This document shows positions 24,801 to 38,000 of a stretch of 64,000 nt of DNA, in pieces (position 1 is the stretch's first letter; each line of letters begins with the position of its first letter). Both the position numbers and the translations under genes were made by a program. The notes under the pieces were generated by a model. It saw only the letters and a program-made list of their open reading frames with translations. It was not told the origin of the DNA and ran no database searches. Source of the DNA: Ramazzottius varieornatus (taxonomy: Eukaryota > Animalia > Tardigrada); assembly GCA_001949185.1 (NCBI GenBank), contig BDGG01000013.1, positions 1,318,617-1,382,616 on the forward strand, written 5' to 3'.

Positions 24801-26968
24801 TACGGCCTTATCTCAAGTAGCGCACATTCCAGTTGTAATTGACTGGAAGAGCGCGCCACTTTGGATAACAGCCTTCCACGTTTGTTTGCCGGCCTCCCCA
24901 TGGATTTATCAGTACTATTCCCTCCACACTTACCATTTTGCCGTGTGAAGATGTTCCGAAGCCGATCCAGTAGTCCTTCACCCCACTTTCCTCGTTAGGC
25001 GGCATGCCATACAGCGTCATTGAAATCGACGTCGCCCCTTCGGCGAGCACCCCGTATGTCAGCAACTGTTGACAGCTCTTCGTGGCCACACAGTTATTCG
25101 GAACACCGTAGCACGTCCGAGTTCCCTCACAATGGTTATACACGGTCTTGTCACCTCCCAGCACAAAAGTCTTGGTCGATGCCGTACGCCGATCCCTCCC
25201 ATGCCAGGCTTTCGCATTCTGCTGTCCGGCGGCCGTATCTTTGCGGAGTGGGCCAGCAGCCAGGAGGAGATGAAAAGGCTGTGTCAGGTCGTAGTCCGTC
25301 ACTTGTCCGTTGGGGATTGTGACGCCGCTGACGGTTAGCTTTGTAGAGACTTCGTACTCGCAGTGGACTTTGCCGTTGTCGAAGCTCGAACTGGTCAACG
25401 TGACGCCAGTGGACTCCTTAAAAGCCAAAAACTTCAAATACTGCACTTTGCACAGCAAGTGCAACTAGTGATGGTGACGAAACAACTTTTGTGTCAAAAG
25501 ACTAGATTCATTCTGGTGAGTCCACAGAATCTTTCTGAACTTTTTCTACGGTATTCTGTGGTGAGAGCGCTATTTGCATACGCACAATTCTCTCGTTTCT
25601 GTGGGGTTCTCCGTTGTAAGAGGTGAACATGTCGACCTGCATTAAGCCCCGACGTTCCTTATCTGTTGCGTTTTCCCATCGGACACACTCGATAACGTAC
25701 GCAGACGACTGAAAAGTCCAAAACTCAAATAATCACCTGTTTCTACCGCAAACTTATCTCCAGACTCTTGTCTTTTGATGGAGGTGGTGCACTGTGAATG
25801 ACTGATTGCAAACGGTACCATTTGGGCCTCCTGGTTTATTCCGAGTGCAATGTAGAGCTCTTCCGCGGTGACGTTGTCTGTCTCATAGCCGCCATTCAGA
25901 CTAACGTAAATCTTATCGCTATCCTTCCGATGTCCCCAAGTCACTTCCATCTGGCAGTCGGTATCAACCGTGCAACCTTCCGGGTAGCCAAAGTTGCCGC
26001 GAATGACTGGCGGAGGATTTGGGCAGTTATGAGCACAGGCAAAAACCACGGGATCGTCACTCACGATGGGGAAATCAGAGTCCAAGTGCCACGACACAAT
26101 ATCTAAAAACACCTCCCACCAGATCAGAACAAGGACCTTGAAAATTCTCTATATCACTGGAAATTCTCCATTTCCATACATTGTCCAGGATTCTCGGTAT
26201 CGTTGCTGCAGATGCCCGAGCTGAGTAACAGTGTGTAAGGCTTCCTCAGGTCGAAGCGGACGTTTTCCACTTCGTGCTCCACCAGCAAGTCAAAGCCGCA
26301 GTGCATCGTACCGTTCTCCACTCTGATAAATGTATCGTTGACGTTCTTCCGCCGCTGACAAGACACGACAACTCTGTTGTAACCAGTGACTCTTACTCTG
26401 AAGGACGTTTCATACCTCAGGAAGCGTTTTGTACACCCAGTTCTTCCCATTGTACCCCTCGACTATCTCGTTGATGCCGTTATCATAGTGCACGCACTGT
26501 ACCACCGAGGCGTTGTCCTGTGAAAATCATGGCGGTTGTCAAGTGGGATTTTCAAGTGCGTGAACATCATCGGCTTTGGTACCATCTTGCCGGAAATGGA
26601 TGCTCCGAAGCCAATCCAAAAGTTGTCGTAGTGATCCATCCCTTTATCCTTCGGTGGGAGTCCATACAGCTCACATGAGATTGTTCCACTTTTTGCCTCG
26701 GTGTACGAAAGCAGAACGCGACAGGTTTTGGACGTCTCACATCCGACTGGATTCCCATGACACTGTCGCGACAGTCCACAGCCTCGATAAGGGTCTGTCA
26801 AATGTAAAACAAAATCCAGTTCTAAATATGGTTCAAAGTGGGAATCCCGGTCGGCTTGAATAGCTCGGACTAGATTCGCTGAGGCATACCGGAAGGATCG
26901 TCAGCGATAACGCTGGACAGGCAGGCCCATCCAAGTAGGAGCACAAGGGAAAGACAGGAGATCGACAT
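21818..26968 (-). CDS. Ferric-chelate reductase-like protein: signal peptide + 4 DOMON domains + cytochrome b561
   Basis: Signal MSISCLSLVLLLGWACL. Four repeats of C..G.P..C / [WY]I[GA].G.....M. b561 motifs KAH..LMVFAW, KMWFH, SHAVLG, QPFVALFRPHPGTPNRPYFNYFHW. Last exon ends TAA at 21818-21820. Confidence 0.88.
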
Positions 26969-27883
26969 TGTCGCGAAGATGTACTTCATACATTCGGTGA
27001 GCCCGATCCGTGCGTAGCGCGAATCTTTCGTCTCTGTCTCCACTTGGGCTTCTGGCTGGACCGAAAAGACGAGCGTCGTCGCCAGTGAAGGTGTGGTACT
27101 GTCTGGAAAACAAGAATGGAACAAACGGGTTATTTTTGGCAGCAATATTCAGTGCATACAGTTGAACCATGTTACCTTCATATCACGACAACGTGGTGAC
27201 GCCAGGACAGGATGATCATGACTTCGCCGCGGAGCAATTGTTCGCTATCTTCCTTATCGTCCAACCTTAAGAAGCGCTGTAACTGACGGAAACACCTATG
27301 GACTGCCGGCTCAGTGGAAAGTAGAAGAACGGACGACAACTTGGGGCTTGGGAGATAGGAAAACGTTTCAAGATATTTTAATTGGTAACAGCTGATATCG
27401 GCATCCTACCAATCAGCAATCAATGATGAGGGTAAAAGTCCGGACTTAGGAGTTAATTTGGACTTCGGTATTTTGCTGGCGGACTCGTCGTGGCAGCGTG
27501 AATGGTGGCGAACTTAGTCGCATAGTCCGCACTCCGCACTGTCTTGACCGCTCTCGTTCGCCTGTTTTTTCTGGCTATGTGTGGATCGGACTAGACGGAA
27601 AGCCAGACTGGACGCTGCTTGGTCCATAGCATTTCCACTCCGCACCTGACGGTGCTGGTCAAGTACATGTATACTGTAGCTACTCGGAAGATGAAGTATC
27701 AATAGAAGTATTCGGCAACACCGAAGAGATTCTAGTGGCGGCGGACAGGTATCAGCACACCATTAGTCACATTTTGCGAGAAGGTCCTCATCGCGAAGCT
27801 AATCCAGGAGAATGCTGGGGCTTTGTTGCTCGTGATAGTGCAAACGCTCCTGCTCTGAAGAAGGCTGTACTACGATACATCCG

Positions 27884-28328
27884 TACACGCACGACGAGAT
27901 ATTATGGGCCAGTAAAAATTACGGGCGGAAAAGACGGCAAATTCACAATTTGTATGGAAGTCAGAGACAGAAATCGCACAAATGACGTAACTCAGTAAAA
28001 TTCAACCGTAGAAAATTGTCATGGACAGTGGCCATCAGCTGATCAACTGTTTTACTCTAACTTAACGCTTCTATGCTGCTGTCGACTTTCTCCCGGAGGC
28101 CGGAGAAGCCTTGAAATAGTTTGAACTGTTGAAGGTATAATGAAGATCTGACTGTTATAACATTAATATGACAAGCTTTAGCTCCTCGGCCCAATATCCA
28201 GCACGCACGTACAGCAGTCCAGCCTTCGATGTGGTTTTTACTTGAAGCAAGAATCACCTGCCCGTGCCGCCGTAGCGAAAAGGCCTGGTCCGTTATTTTT
28301 ACTGGCGTAATATCTCGTCGTGCGTGTA
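27884..28328. mobile_element. MITE, family A (longer copy, opposite orientation)
   Basis: TACACGCACGACGAGATATTA... / ...TAATATCTCGTCGTGCGTGTA with TA ends. Shares CCGTAGCGAAAAGGCC with the other copies. Confidence 0.85.
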
Positions 28329-29077
28329 CCAACTCTGCGGCCTTGAAACGTTCTCGTGCCATCGAGAAGCTGTGCGAACTCGTCGCTGATACCGTTAGTT
28401 TCCTGCTTCCTGCGTTATCAATCTCTTGACAATGAGCTCGCCGTCGCACTTGCTGCTGCGGTCGTTCAAGGTTACCTTTCTGGAAGATTAGTTTAGTTGT
28501 CTGTATTTCTCCATGTTGAAATTTTGAAGCTGTAATGTGGTTATTAGCGGATAATTATCCTTTTGTGGTTTGGGTCCTTGCACTCCAGGACCAGAACGCG
28601 ACGTGTCAACGCTGCCTGCACGTGAAACTTCGTTCTCACTGCTCTGGACTTCTGTGAGTGAAAGTATATGCGTATAACCAATGCACATGACTGTGCGGAA
28701 ATCGCCGCGGTAAAAATACCGGCACAATAAAACTATTGATTTTGTATTTCTGTTCCTTGTACACTGCAGCTTGCGCCAGTGCGCCAGGAACACGTTTATC
28801 TTGTTTGCTCAAACTTCAAGACTGATACAAAGCTAGACCGACCTTCAAAGCTCGGTACTATCACCGTCTGTGACTGTGAATTGTCGATGAATAATAAACA
28901 GGCGTGCGTGCATTCTATCGTCGAGAAAACTACAGCTGTGCGGATCCGGTTTTCTTACTTGTTGCCTCCTTCGGAACGAGGCAGAATTGTAGACTGTGTT
29001 TCATTTTGAATCTACCACCGGCGCTGTCATTACAGTCTACCCTTTTCTTTTCGCACATTCCTTCGTTCCGAAACATT

Positions 29078-30630
29078 ATGGCCAACTCCAACCCGTACTC
29101 GAACCTCGAGAAATTCGCCAACATGGCCAACGATATCGCTTTGCGGCTCTACCATCAGGCTTCTCTCCAACAAAAGTCTTCCGGCAACATTGTTCTATCT
29201 CCTCCAGCTTTGATCATTGGCCTGTACCAAGCCTACCTCGCCAGTGAGCACAACCCTGACGCCAAGAAGGAGTTCGAGCAAGCCATTTTCAAACAGCCGC
29301 TATCGTCTGTCCAGGAGATCATCAAGGAGTATTCCGCCGTGCTGAAGAATGGCCAATCAATCAACACACAACAACCTGAGCGACACTACGATTTCACAGG
29401 TGGAAGTCGGTTATTCATGTCCGGAAAAGCCTCTGGGAATTCATCCAAGATGGACGATGCATTACGAAAAGCCGGCATTGCAGGTGTCGCTCAGGCTTCC
29501 TCAAAGCAGTTGTCCAACACTACCGATATCTCTCAGGAGATAAGCAAATTGGTCTGCTCGCCTACCCTGGAGGAATTTCCGGCGTCGAAGTTGTCCTCTC
29601 AATTGGGTAACCTACAGCATTCCGGACTACTTTTGAGCGGCGCGCACTTCGATGCGGACTGGGAGCACATGTTCGTCAAGAAAAGCAAGACCAGCTATGA
29701 AGACCGGAATCGGGGTCCTGACGTAGTGGAACTTCCGGCCAGCTTGGAAGACTTCCACAACGCGGACGGAAGCGTCAGCCAAGTCGTCACCGTCCATCTG
29801 CAGGTACCTGATGCTACATTAGTACACATAACATCGATGTGGTATTGAGGATATGGTACAGGGAATACCGATTATTAGACCAGTGTAGATCTCGCTCAAA
29901 ATTGTGGCCGCGATGACGTCACTGCGGATATCAGACTAGGCAGACACTTTTCCAATCGATGTGCGGATTTTTTATCATGGCTTGATTTTTAGGGAAAGAT
30001 CTTCTTGACGAGGGACGAGACCATGAAAGCAACCATTTTCGAGTTGCCCATGACGCAGTACGAAATGAGCATGGTGATCCTTCTGCCCGACGCCAGCAAG
30101 AACGATGGCGAAGCCTTGAGTAAACTGGAAAGAACACTAAAAACTGACACCTTGGACATCATGCGGCGCAACTGGCAGATGCCAAACGCTCGAGTCTACT
30201 TGCCCAAATTCTCATTTACCGGAGAATATTCCATGGGCAAAGACCTGAACAACCTGGGACTGAAAAGCATCTTCTCTGAAAAGTCCGATGTGAACGTAAC
30301 GGACTGCGTTCACGCTGCAAGCATCGGTAAGGATTTCGGTACACCTATACTGTAATCATCCAAATTCACGATCTGCTTTTTCTGCAAGGTGTATCTGTCG
30401 AATCTGGCCCAGCTCTTCCTCCTCGACAAGGCCAACCAGGAGAATGTTCCATCATGGAGGTGGAAGAGTTTGCCAAAGGTCTCCACGTTAATCGTCCCTT
30501 CTTGTTCATCATTCGTAAACGATCGCCCGAGATTTGGTGTATGATGGGAAGAGTGATGAATTTGCCAAACGAGGAAGAAACACGTGTGTGGAACCATCAT
30601 CGTCATCAGCAAGCAGAACAAGAGTACTAG
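29078..30630 (+). CDS. Serpin, intracellular, probably non-inhibitory; exons 29078-29803, 29993-30326, 30389-30630
   Basis: NIVLSP, AHFDADW..F, DFHNADGS, FELP..SMVILLP, VYLPKFS and HVNRPFLFII..MMGRV. The hinge reads VESGPALPPRQG instead of EEGTEAAA. Confidence 0.9.
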
Positions 30631-30869
30631 CTTGAAATTTCTTTCCGATACAATTTCTTTTTTAGCCTACCTTAAGCTTTGTACACGTCCATGACATAGT
30701 CCTAAAGGTATGTGCCGTACCTGCTGCATTGCATGTTCGGATTTATCTTGTATCTTTGGCCAGCCCTCGTAGTTTCCGTCTATCCGCTTTCTAAGGGTGT
30801 CGATGCATTCTGAAGTGTGCTGATGTTGGTACCGTGGCAAAGACAATCTTACTCACTCTATTTTTCATT

Positions 30870-31044
30870 TCGAAACTTGTATCATTTCGACACGCCGGAG
30901 TTTCCGAAAGGTATTCGAGCTAGCGGTCCATTTTTGTTCGTTGTTCAGAAGAGGTTCCCGGAAATATGGTACATGATGGGAAGGTACAGAATTTACCCGA
31001 TGAAGCAGCTCAGGAGGTTCGGCCTTTCCATCGTCGTTACGTAG
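30870..31044 (+). pseudogene. Diverged duplicate of the serpin C-terminal exon
   Basis: TPEFPKGIRASGPFLFVVQKRFPEIWYMMGR vs VEEFAKGLHVNRPFLFIIRKRSPEIWCMMGR. Confidence 0.75.
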
Positions 31045-31049
31045 TGGTA

Positions 31050-31620
31050 AGAGCGTGGGAACCGTCGAGGACTGAAAAATAAGCTGAAGACGATTGGGAT
31101 TTACTTGGTACATGATAATCCGAATCGAACCGATCTCAATATTCGAATGCCCGCCAAGACCGCGTGTGTAGAAGTTCCGTGGACAAATCTTCCATAACGC
31201 AGTAACTTAACCAATGGTAATATCAGGATACTGGACGCTGACGAACTATCATGAAAGGAAGACCCACTGTAACACTGGGCCACACGTTTACCCCAAAGAA
31301 CAACAATGTAGGACGTGGGCGTAAAGCCGTTCTCACCAACAGCCGAGTCTGAGGTTCCGGAGCGACGTTTCTTGTAAACAATGCACTGAAGATACGAGTT
31401 GGAGTTCATGCAGTATTACTCTTCGGAACCAGTTCGCAACATCTTTACTCTAGAGGATGATAATCCTCTTGAGATGAAAATCCTTTCAAAGTTCCTTTGC
31501 TAAAAGAAGGTGCACTACGGTGTCTTGTGAAGAACTCAGCTAAACTAAAGGAGTCCGGGAATATTAGGAATCTCCTCGAGCATCTAGCGTCGGACTGAAA
31601 AAAGGTTATGAGGTTACTAA
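31050..31620 (+). pseudogene. MATH-BTB (SPOP-like) relic with internal deletion
   Basis: Fragments IGIYL, IRILDADE, FLVNNALKIRV (MATH-like) and VPLLKEGALRCLVKNSAKLK (BACK-like), with stops and frameshifts. Confidence 0.45.
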
Positions 31621-32018
31621 TTTTTGCTTAAACGTCCCATTTAGCTATCTTAATTTTCTATCCTTGACTCCTACATTTCCACCTTCATGGTTTTATTGTA
31701 AAGTGCTTTTTATTTTTAAAAGGTGAACTAATTTACAACGATGAAATCAAGAAAAAACTTCGCAAGAAAAGTTAAAATGCGTTGAAAACGGAGCAAATCA
31801 CCGGCAGCTGCCGTCCAAAATTTGGCAAAGTCTAAAACAAGTCAAAGAGTAATGTGGTCCATGTAAGTAAACTTTTCGAAATAATTAGCTACCAGAAAGG
31901 ACTCTTTCGCGATGCTCCTTCCCCATCACATTTATTATTGACTTCTTTCTCGATCCTTTCCTCGATCGCCCGATAGTCTTGACTAGACTTCCTCTTCTTC
32001 ATGAACCCCATGAAGCTC

Positions 32019-35000
32019 TCACTTCCCTCCAACCTTCGTGAGATCGCTTCTTTTTGGTGGTGGCGGTGGTTTCTTCCTCGCCACCACATCATCCGACCCG
32101 CAGTTCGATGTGGGCGACAAACACCGTATCTCGTTCAGCAACTCAGGTGGAGGAGGCGGCAGGTAGTCACTTCCGGGCGCGGTCTCTGCGCTTTCGTTCA
32201 GAAGTAGCGAATGTCTCTTCTTCCTGGCCATCGCTCGTTTCAGGTCGGCCATGAAGTCCAGATTAGAAGAGACTGCTTTCTGCTGGGGAACACCGTTGGG
32301 GATTTCAGGACCCAGAGACAAGCTCCTCTCGTAGTTTCCTTCTGACATCCGGTACTGAACTGCGTTGCTGCCTGGTACCGTTTCGCCATTCTCAAGTTTG
32401 GTCATGTCGCTTCTCCTCGGTGGCGGCGGTGGCAGTTTGCTCTTGTGTGTCGGACTCATGGATTGCGTTCTACAGTAGCCGTTGGTCAAACGGATAGGCG
32501 AACCAGGAAGGACACCATTGGAGCTGGACGAACTGGAAGATACGGATGAAGGTGCCGGCGAAGAAACATTGACTCGTCGAACAGGCGACGGTGGCTGACT
32601 GTTCAGGTTGATATCATGAATTTCAGGAACCGAGCTCAGCACCTTCTTGACAACCAACGGAGAGGCCGACTTGGTCCGCAGTTCATGGAGGAAAGGTAGC
32701 TGAGCAGTGGCGGATCCGTTGTTGGCTGAATGCACAGGGGAAGAAATGGGCGTTGGGCCTATGCTGTGTCGATGAGGGTCATTCCTGTCAGTCATATTGG
32801 GCTTACGCTGTAGTAAGGCCGCTGGTTTCGGTGGAGTGGGTGGCGGCGGGGAACGAAGGAGGGAAGGACTTAGCGGATGACCGTTGGGCTCGTGTGTGGG
32901 TGACGTAAGCAACTCAGGTGGCGGGACTGGAAAGGCGGTCGCAATTCCAGTCAGTCGAGCGTGAGTGGGTGAGTGGAATTCGGCATCGTAATGGTGACCG
33001 TTGGTCATGTCATGGTGGTCACTTCCGGTGACACCGTTGACTCGATTGGAACTGGCCGAGTGAAAGGACCGTCGTTCATCTGCGCTTCGCATCAGGATCT
33101 GGGAAGTCTTGGGAGTGAAGGGTAGTTTGGGGGTGGTGGAATGCGGAGGTTTGCGCTTGATGGTTCCTGTGGACAGGTCGTCCGAGTCGAAGGCCGTGTC
33201 GGAGGAGGATAGTCGTCGGGCTGCGACGGGTGTTTGTTGAGCAGAGGAGAAGCTTTCGTTGTAGGACGCTCGGGCTTCGGCCTCTTCCATAACCGACACT
33301 CTCTCCAGGGCTTTCGTGAAGTTATCGTAGAGATCACGGCCATATTTAGCGATGCGGATGCCTGCCATCCACAGATCCAGCGTGTGTTGGTCATCGCAGC
33401 AGACGTACTTGATATTCTTGACTGCCTTTGCCGACTGGATCTGTGGGAGTTTGAGGGCGAAACCGTAATCCGTGGGAGCTTTGTGCTTCTTCTTCCAGTT
33501 TATCCCCAGAAAGAGGTTGACGACATCGAAGGACGTCAAACACTCCAAATCACAACTGGCCTGAAAACACAATCAACATAATTAAAAACCAAAAGTTCAC
33601 CCTGGTTTTACGCCACAAAGATTGCAAACGCGAATATTGGTTACTTTTTCGGTTAGAAAATTTTGTAACGCTTTCCCAATTCTTCAGTGCTATTTTCTGA
33701 GTAACGAATTTTTTCCATAACGATAAGGTTTTGTGATCACGCAGCTTGTGAAATTCGACGTTTTCTACAATGTTTCCAGTAGCGTAGCTTACCTTGCTTT
33801 TTGCCTTTGTGCTGTAATATAATCCGGAAGAACGCAGCACGAACCAGAATTTTTTCCACGTTTTTTTCGCTTCATTGCGAAGGTACAGGAAGGCTTCCAG
33901 CTCTGGAGGCGATATCGCGAAGCTCGAAAAATAATCCTACAAGGGAATCGATTAGCAAATCCCTTGCAGTCATTTTCTTGCTCCCGTCGAATATGTACCA
34001 CGAGGTTTCAACATGCACCTTAGAGGAATCGGGTGTTTTTCTACAGTCAGAGAACAGTGCAAATACCTGAACTAGAGTTCTCCGGGCGAGCTCGTCATAC
34101 TCCGTATCTTTACAGGCGAGTCCCACCAAGTAGTCTTCCGGCTTGGTTATGAAATCGTATTTGTCCTTTCTCTTGACATACAGCAAGCGATTAGGACTAT
34201 CTTTATCCCACATGAGGTTATTCTCCACCAAATTCTCGTGGTCCTCGAAGAATCTCTCTGCAAAGAGGAAAAACAAGCCATTACTTCGGCTGCTGTTTTT
34301 ACGGCCTCATCAATATCCATTTCCTCCACTAAATTTCGTTATTTATCTTATGTCAAAGTATTTCCACACGACGGGTATTTCGTGTTTTTTTACGACATTT
34401 TCCACGTTTGTTTCATAAGAGAGAAGGGAAGCTCGTTCGTTGAGCACTGGGTGGCCCATTAGATACGGCCTCATATTCATATTTCTATACAGCGCGGGTT
34501 CTCGACACGTTTCACCCTTGATCGCACAACGATCCCCATCAGGAGAGTACGTTGCATTCTTCGAAACCAGCCACCATTTCACGGCGGCTTCTGGGCAATT
34601 CAAAAGACATGTTCAGCGGCTGGAAAGGTTAACGGAACTCCTGGGCGGAAACCCTCACCCCAGGAAATCTACCACCTTTTCCACATTCATTTCCTGTACA
34701 GTTGAACGGTCGATACCTGTCTTCCTTCCTCAGTTTTTTCTTCCATCACCCTACATAGTCTCATCTCTCAATTCCCAAGACGTGCTTTCTATTCTGTTTG
34801 TACAGTTTCGCGAACATTAGGCTATATTTTTCGACTCAAAATGGCCATCGTTCAAAATTTCATCTACGAAAAACATCTTTTGGTGAATTCAATGATTATT
34901 GCTCTCAATTTGGGAAACAGATGTGTAGAGTAAACTCAGTTTCCGCATATGGCTAAGTTTCCCAGCTTGTTTGTCCAGTAAAATATTGGAGCGAATGGCT

Positions 35001-38000
35001 GTAACGTTAGACCAGATTCATTTGTACAGGCCCAAACAAATAACGGAGTTCAGTGAAATCGCAGCTACCAACTAAAAGTGTGACACTGTCCAGCGCTACT
35101 AGTTGGAGTAGGCTAGCCGACTGGGGGGTAATCATCCCTGCTTGTCCAGTTTTCACGGTAAACAATCATGATGAATGTGGATGGATATTCCGGTAGGCAG
35201 CTCCTTCCTCCAAAGCACACAAATTGCCTTTTCATTCAGTTCAAACTGAAACTGAACCACCATTCGATATCCGTCCACCCAAACAAGACAGATTTGTTCT
35301 GTTCACATCTGAAAAGCTCCCAAGTAGAATAATTATTGATTAGCTTGTCTAACCTACAGTCAATCCGAACTCCAAAGCAAAAGTTCTGCTCTTCGTCAAT
35401 CAATCGATCAAAGGATTAGCTACAAGGAACTTCAGCCCAATCTCCAACTTTTGAACGGTGCTATGCTTTCGACCGTTCTGTTTGGGAGCCGTCATGATGC
35501 CAAGTGGCGCACGTTTCCTCTGTTATTGTTATAGAAAGAGTGCGCCACTTGGGACAGAGATCTGAGTGAGGTCAGTTGTTTGTTGACGTCCCATTTGTGA
35601 ACAAGGAAGTAGGCGAGCTGATCAAGGTAGAGTCAATCAACTGATTTATCCTTATGCAATACTATTCAATTCCCTCGTCTACTTGCAAGTGTGTAATATT
35701 AAGCCGAAACATGGTGTTGGGCAATTTCACTTTCAAATGTGTGCGTGGGAAACGTGAGACGGTTATGCAATGGGTTAAGCTCACAAATCACCTCCGTCTG
35801 TAATTCCATCGGAAGGGGAAGAGAAACGAGGTCTTACCAATATTCAGTTCCGGCAAGCGTTCGACAATGGCACAATCGGCACTCAACTTGGTCTCGCTTT
35901 TCTCAGCCAGACTCTGGCAGATATCCAGGCAGGTCATCCTTTCGTCAATCAGAAAACTTTTCTTCAAATCTTCGTTGAAATGAACCGTGATGAAGAGCTG
36001 CAATGACAAAGAACGACCGTATAATTTGATTAAAAAGTCCGCCATCTGTTTTCTCCTCTCCTCCGGGAAGCATCCACTCCATTCCGCATCGATCTGGCTA
36101 ACCACCAAAAAAGCAAGCTTGTTTACCAAGGCTTTTTCCAGCGTTCCCCCCAAACTGACAGATGTCTTTCGGACGGTCTTTAATCATCTTATCAAACTTA
36201 AACCACCCATAAATTTCCATGTTTTCTTCCTTTCAGTGAAGGTTTTCATTTTGAATAATTTTTCATCCGTCGGTTTACCTTTTTTATCTCGGTCTCATTG
36301 ATTTTCTCGAGTGCTCTCTTGATTTTCTCGGACTTTGTGGCGGTCGATGGTGATGGATCCGAAGATAAAGTCGACGTCTGTTAATGGAAAACACATATTC
36401 GGTCATTTTCGGTTCTTTGGAGAAATATGTTATTTTCCAGACATATGTGTGAACACTGAACAGAGCTTTTTGCGTCGATGGACAGTACACAGATGAACTT
36501 TTCGGACTTGCTAAATTTAGCCACAAATACGAGCGAGATGGACTCAATGGACTCTTCCATTAACTTCAGACCTTGCAAGAACGGACACATGGGGAATGCG
36601 AGTTGCAGAAAGTTAGAGAACGCACTCATTTGATCGTCGAGTAGAAGCAACTTACAGGAAGGATATATTCCTTTTCACCCACTTCAGAAATACTTTCGAG
36701 GCGCGCGTTATCATCCTCATGCAGGCGCTGCTCTCACATGCAAAGGCAGAAAGAACATTCAAGAGTTAGTCAGAATCTTCAAGCATGCAAAGATCTCGAC
36801 AGGAAATGAGGTTAAAAGCCATCCCATCTGAAAAAGTCATGCAAGCAAATATGCAAACTTAGCCGAAAGACCGAGTAACGAAAAAACTCCCCTGAGCTTT
36901 TTCCTACTGTTGTAACACTATGAGGATAGTCAATCAAGTTTCCTCATGAATTGTATATTTCACCACCATGTCAAAGCCAATATTCAGCCATTTTTTCTAC
37001 GTTTCACTCTAACTTCAACCTCCTGTTGGTCAGCTGGGTCTATAATTTTCACTCCAACGTTTCCGGCATGACGTCACAATGGCTTTCACTGGTCAATAAC
37101 AGCCAATCTAAAAACTCTAAAACGGTCATGCGTGGATGCGCAGGATGAAAAGAGCTGCTGGGAATGGACAAAAGAGGGCGCATTTATTATGATTGAAGAA
37201 GGTGTAAAAGGGGTCGACAGGGGCAAAAATAATTTGATCCCTGCTACGACCATCATTCATCCTCGTTCTTCTCGCTCGTTCCATCCATCACAACCCCCTC
37301 GGATTAATTTCCTAAGAACTCGAGATGAAAAATGAGATCAAGACATACCTGTGTAGGTGAAGGAGCGTTGAGTGATCCATTGCTGCTTTTGGAAGACGAG
37401 CCGCTTGACATGCACGACACACCATCGTTCCTGGATGCCCCAGATTCCGATGAGATGCAGGAAACATTATCCGAGAAAGCCGAATCATTGTCGGGACTTT
37501 CGGCGCTAGCCGAGACCGGCTGCTGATAGTAATGTTCCCCCAAGTCAATGTGCGCAAACGAATCTAACGGGGAAACCGACTTCTGATTCATTGTTTCAAA
37601 GCTGGAACTCTTCGAAGACTGCAGAATGCCTTTTGATGGCTGATGAGAGTTGGGCGACTGTTGCTGCTGCACAAACTTTACATTCCGAGAGTGATTCGGG
37701 GTTGACTGTTGCAGGGTGGACGTGGAGGATGCCGAGGAGGAGGAAGAGACGCGTCGGCTTTCGTTATCCAGCTCGTCGCCCAGTGCACACAGCTCACCGA
37801 GGATAGCATCCAGATCGACATCCGTCGAATCTGTAAAAGCAATAACACGTCAATATCACCAGTCCGAGCACATACATCCAGCCATGACTCATGTGTCCCA
37901 ATCAATCTTTTTCCTCCTAGCTAGCTGCCTGTGTCTTCACAACATCGGCTCTTCCGCTCAATAATGTTCCTAGCTCGTTCGCTCTCATCTGCTCGTTGGG

